Source: Thraustochytrium aureum
Lineage: Eukaryota
Length of the DNA: 63,789 nt
NCBI GenBank assembly: GCA_012862495.1
Contig: BLSG01000091.1
Coordinates: forward strand, 114,412-178,200
Reading direction: 5' to 3'
Within the stretch, counting starts at the first letter, position 1, and the number at the start of each line of letters is the position of its first letter. The notes beneath the pieces were generated by a model, which worked only from the letters and a program-made list of their open reading frames with translations, made no database searches and was not told where the DNA came from. The position numbers and the translations under genes are program-made. Positions 60,638 to 63,789 of the stretch are shown here, piece by piece.

Positions 60638-63600
60638 TCACAACTCAATCTTGTACTGCGCGGCGGCCAGGCGTGCCGATTTGGTCTGCAGGTGAATGCT
60701 GTGCTGCGGCAGAGACCCCCCCCACCCCGACTTGCTGCTCCGCTGCGCAGTGTCCTCGTTCTGCTCGACCTGGTAGGAGTAAATCGCCCGCTTGCTGTTC
60801 CGTGCCAAGCAAAACAGCGTCTTCGGCTTCGTCTGCACTTGGTGCACCAGGCTCTCCGAATAGTGCCCCGTTTTCATGAACGAATTCGTGNNNNNNNNNN
60901 NNNNNNNNNNNNNNNNNNNNNNNNNNNNNNNNNNNNNNNNNNNNNNNNNNNNNNNNNNNNNNNNNNNNNNNNNNNNNNNNNNNNNNNNNNNNNNNNNNNN
61001 NNNNNNNNNNNNNNNNNNNNNNNNNNNNNNNNNNNNNNNNNNNNNNNNNNNNNNNNNNNNNNNNNNNNNNNNNNNNNNNNNNNNNNNNNNNNNNNNNNNN
61101 NNNNNNNNNNNTGCCGCTTCGGTCTCGTATGCCGCTTCAGTCTCGTATGCAGCCGTTGGCGCCGCGCCTGGGGAGACACCGTCCGCTAAAAGGTGATCTA
61201 TAGGGACAAAGCTCGCAGGCGTATCCCATTGGCTCTCTCCAGTTCTGGAGTGCTCGTAGTAGTAGTACCCTGTGGCCGCATCAAGGCGCTGGATCCACTG
61301 CCCGTCGCCAGCGTCATCGATTTGGTCCGCCGCCCAACCCTGGACTCCAACGCTCGATTCTGCCTGTTGCTCCTGGCAATCAGGCAGCGTGCTACCGGCA
61401 ACATGCGGGCTCTCCCACTCAGGCTCTACGTGGTGAAGCCCGTTGCCGGCTGTTGCCCAATGGTGCATGCCGTACAGCGGCGAGGCGAACGAGTCGCGCT
61501 GGTGCTCGATGGCGCCTTCCGTCGACCAGCTAGTTGCCTCGATTCCAACGTGAGCGGCCCAACCCGCCTCGCCGTGGCCCCAGGAGTAGCCAGAGCCGAA
61601 TTCTGTCTCCGCAACGAAGCACGCGTCTGTTTCTGGACCCCCAACAAACGCGTCGGCCTCCGCACTTTGGGTGGAGCCGAACGCGAATTTGGCGTGAGCG
61701 ACACCTCTGCCGCCTCTCCGCCCGTCTCGACAAATGCGCCAAACCCCAACAGGCTCTCGCTTGCACTTTCGTGCTCTGAATCTGCTGCGTCCATAGCCTC
61801 AAACGCGCCCGGGCTCAACTGACCTGCGCCCGCACGGGCGTGGGCTTCGTCGCTCGTACAGAGCGGCAAGGAGGGTTCGGTTGCTGGAGTACTCGGCTGT
61901 GTGCCGAGTTCGCTGCTAAGCTCGGACCTCGCCGTCATGTTGTCGTCGCGTTCGCCATCATGATGACTTTCCGAGGCAAGCTCAGATCCCACGCTCGATC
62001 GGCTTGAGCGAGGCGAAGTGGACAACGTATTGCAGCTACCTGGGTCCGAATCTTCGTCTTCCTCCTCGTCATCGGACGAGGTTCCTGAGCTCGAGTCACC
62101 GTCGTCGGTGTCTGCATCCGCGACCTTTCCTCCAGTCGTGGTTGACGCGGTGCGTGGCGACTGGGCGGCTGAGACTCGAGCAGATTCTACCGCATCTTCT
62201 CCCAAGAGAAGGATGGTGGGAATCTCTTCTATTGAGCTTTCAACGTGCACGACCTGCGCGCCATTGACGCTCGCCACATCGTCTACCGCCTGGATGACGG
62301 CGGGCTCCCCATCGGTTGAGGTTGTCGCCCGTGCGATCTCCGCGTCATCGACGCTCGCCACCTCGTCTACCATGTCTTCAACCACGTTCAAGTCGGCGGG
62401 CATCTCCTCGCTTTGGCTGTCCACCCGCGCGATCTGCGCTTCATTCTCAGGATCCCGTGCCAACGCCTGAGAGTCCGCAGGGCCAATGGCAATTGGCGCA
62501 ACTTTGTCGTCGCTGGTTCGCGCCACACCATCTGCCGCATCATCTACCACGTCAAGGACGGTGGGCGCCTTCTCGGTAGAGCTTACGTCGCAAGAGACTT
62601 GCTCGCCAGTTTGTGGATCGTGTGCCAACGTCTCGGAGCCTGTAGCACCGTTGGTCGCGCTCTGATCGGCCGCGCATTCCACCCGTGAGACGTCTTCGGC
62701 ACTTGCAAGATCGCGTGGCAACGACTCGGAGCCTGCATCAGTGCTTGTGGCGTTCTCCTCGTGTTGAATGTCCCACCCTTGTGATTCCCGCGTCTTGGAC
62801 CCGAGCCGCATCGCTTGCGCTTTCAACCCGTGCGCTCTCCGCGACATTGGCTCGATCCACACCAATTTCCGAACCTTCTGCAATGTCTGTGCCGGCAGGC
62901 ATCTCATCGGTTGGTCTCTCCGCCCATCCGGTTTCCGAGCAGGTTCCGGACCGGCGATTCGTGAACTCGAAAACCCCAGCATCGTCGTTCCTAGCGCACT
63001 CGACAGTCTTGCTGGCGCGCCAGCCCCGCCGATTCCGCTGGAAGCGACGTGGATTGCATCGTCTTCGAACTGCTTGCTTGCAGAAGAATGCCCACCGAGA
63101 CTCGGCTCCACGTTGGCCCCGACGTTCTCGTCGCGCTTGCCTTCTCCATCTTGCTCGGCACCGACTGTTTCGGCTCCGCAAGATGTGACGCAGCGGGCAG
63201 TGCGCAATGCAGAGTCAACCCTGGCGCTTTGGTTCTGTACTTTGGTGTCGGCGTTTGAAGGCTTCCAGGCACTCGCACTGTCACAGTCTGCAATCACTTG
63301 CCAGGCACTCGTACTGTCACTCTCTGCGAGCAGTCCTGATTGAGTGCAAGCCGCGCCCGAGCTAGCGCCCGCTTGGGCTTCGTTGAAGGCGTGATGCTCA
63401 AGCCCACCTTGCGCTGTAGATTCGCGTTCGGCGAGCATGCGGACAAAGGCCTCGACGTCGTCAGCCTCTGCGCTTTCAACCTCTTCCGAGCCATTTGAAT
63501 AGTCCACTCCCTCTGCCTCGGGGGCGCCTAAGCGCTCGGCTGCATCGAGATGCTCAACACCGAGCTCCGTAGCGCCAGGCTCGACGGCGACATCTCCAGA

Positions 63601-63789
63601 AAGGCAAGCTGGAGGAACTTGCTCGCGTGGGGCAACACCCGCAGCGCTGGCGTCACCAAAGTTCTCAAGACAGTCGTCGCAAAAGCCGTCGCCACGGCCG
63701 TCAACGCCCTCGTCGACACATTCATCAACACAATCGTCAGCACTTGCATCGACGCAGTAGTCGCCACTTGGCGGCGTCATAACGGCAGG
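60638..63789 (-). CDS. Large acidic disordered protein with a WW domain and AAYETE repeats; frameshift near 61450; 5' end probably beyond the window
   Basis: 784-aa D/E/S-rich ORF overlaps an ORF containing WIQRLDAATGYYYYEHSRTGESQWDTP (WW) followed by AAYETEAAYETEAA into the gap. The 3' end after the gap is uncertain. Confidence 0.6.

Noticed and set aside
2532..61111. Long ORFs spanning N runs and many antisense or shadow ORFs
   Set aside because: Artefacts of Ns and high GC content; they overlap better-supported genes.

Overview
GC-rich, gene-dense, intron-poor eukaryotic scaffold with many N gaps. Two spliceosomal introns are visible (GTAAGT donor, GCTGAC branch point, YAG acceptor). Gene content and style suggest a flagellate protist, plausibly a labyrinthulomycete/thraustochytrid stramenopile (inference only). 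About 20 protein genes were recognised by motif, from memory and without database searches: importin-11, a COG2907-like FAD oxidoreductase, a Cys-rich single-pass SH3 protein, an SGNH-like type II membrane protein, a giant HEAT protein, a SAM protein, a DnaJ, an AMT1/MTA1-type DNA N6-adenine methyltransferase, a signal-peptide sHSP-like protein, GT61 and GT23 glycosyltransferases, a cNMP-binding/DUF6909 (PNP-fold) fusion, aminopeptidase N, a Sola3-like DDD transposase, a SUN protein, TMEM94, PACRGL, an APC polyamine transporter and a WW protein. Many genes are split by single-base indels, often in short homopolymers, which look like sequencing errors. The most notable items are (1) a cyclic-nucleotide sensor fused to a bacterial-type nucleosidase-fold DUF6909 domain and carrying an intron, (2) an AMT1-clade 6mA writer, and (3) a Sola3-like transposase with no visible TIRs beside an apparently truncated pepN. 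No tRNA, rRNA or CRISPR array was found.
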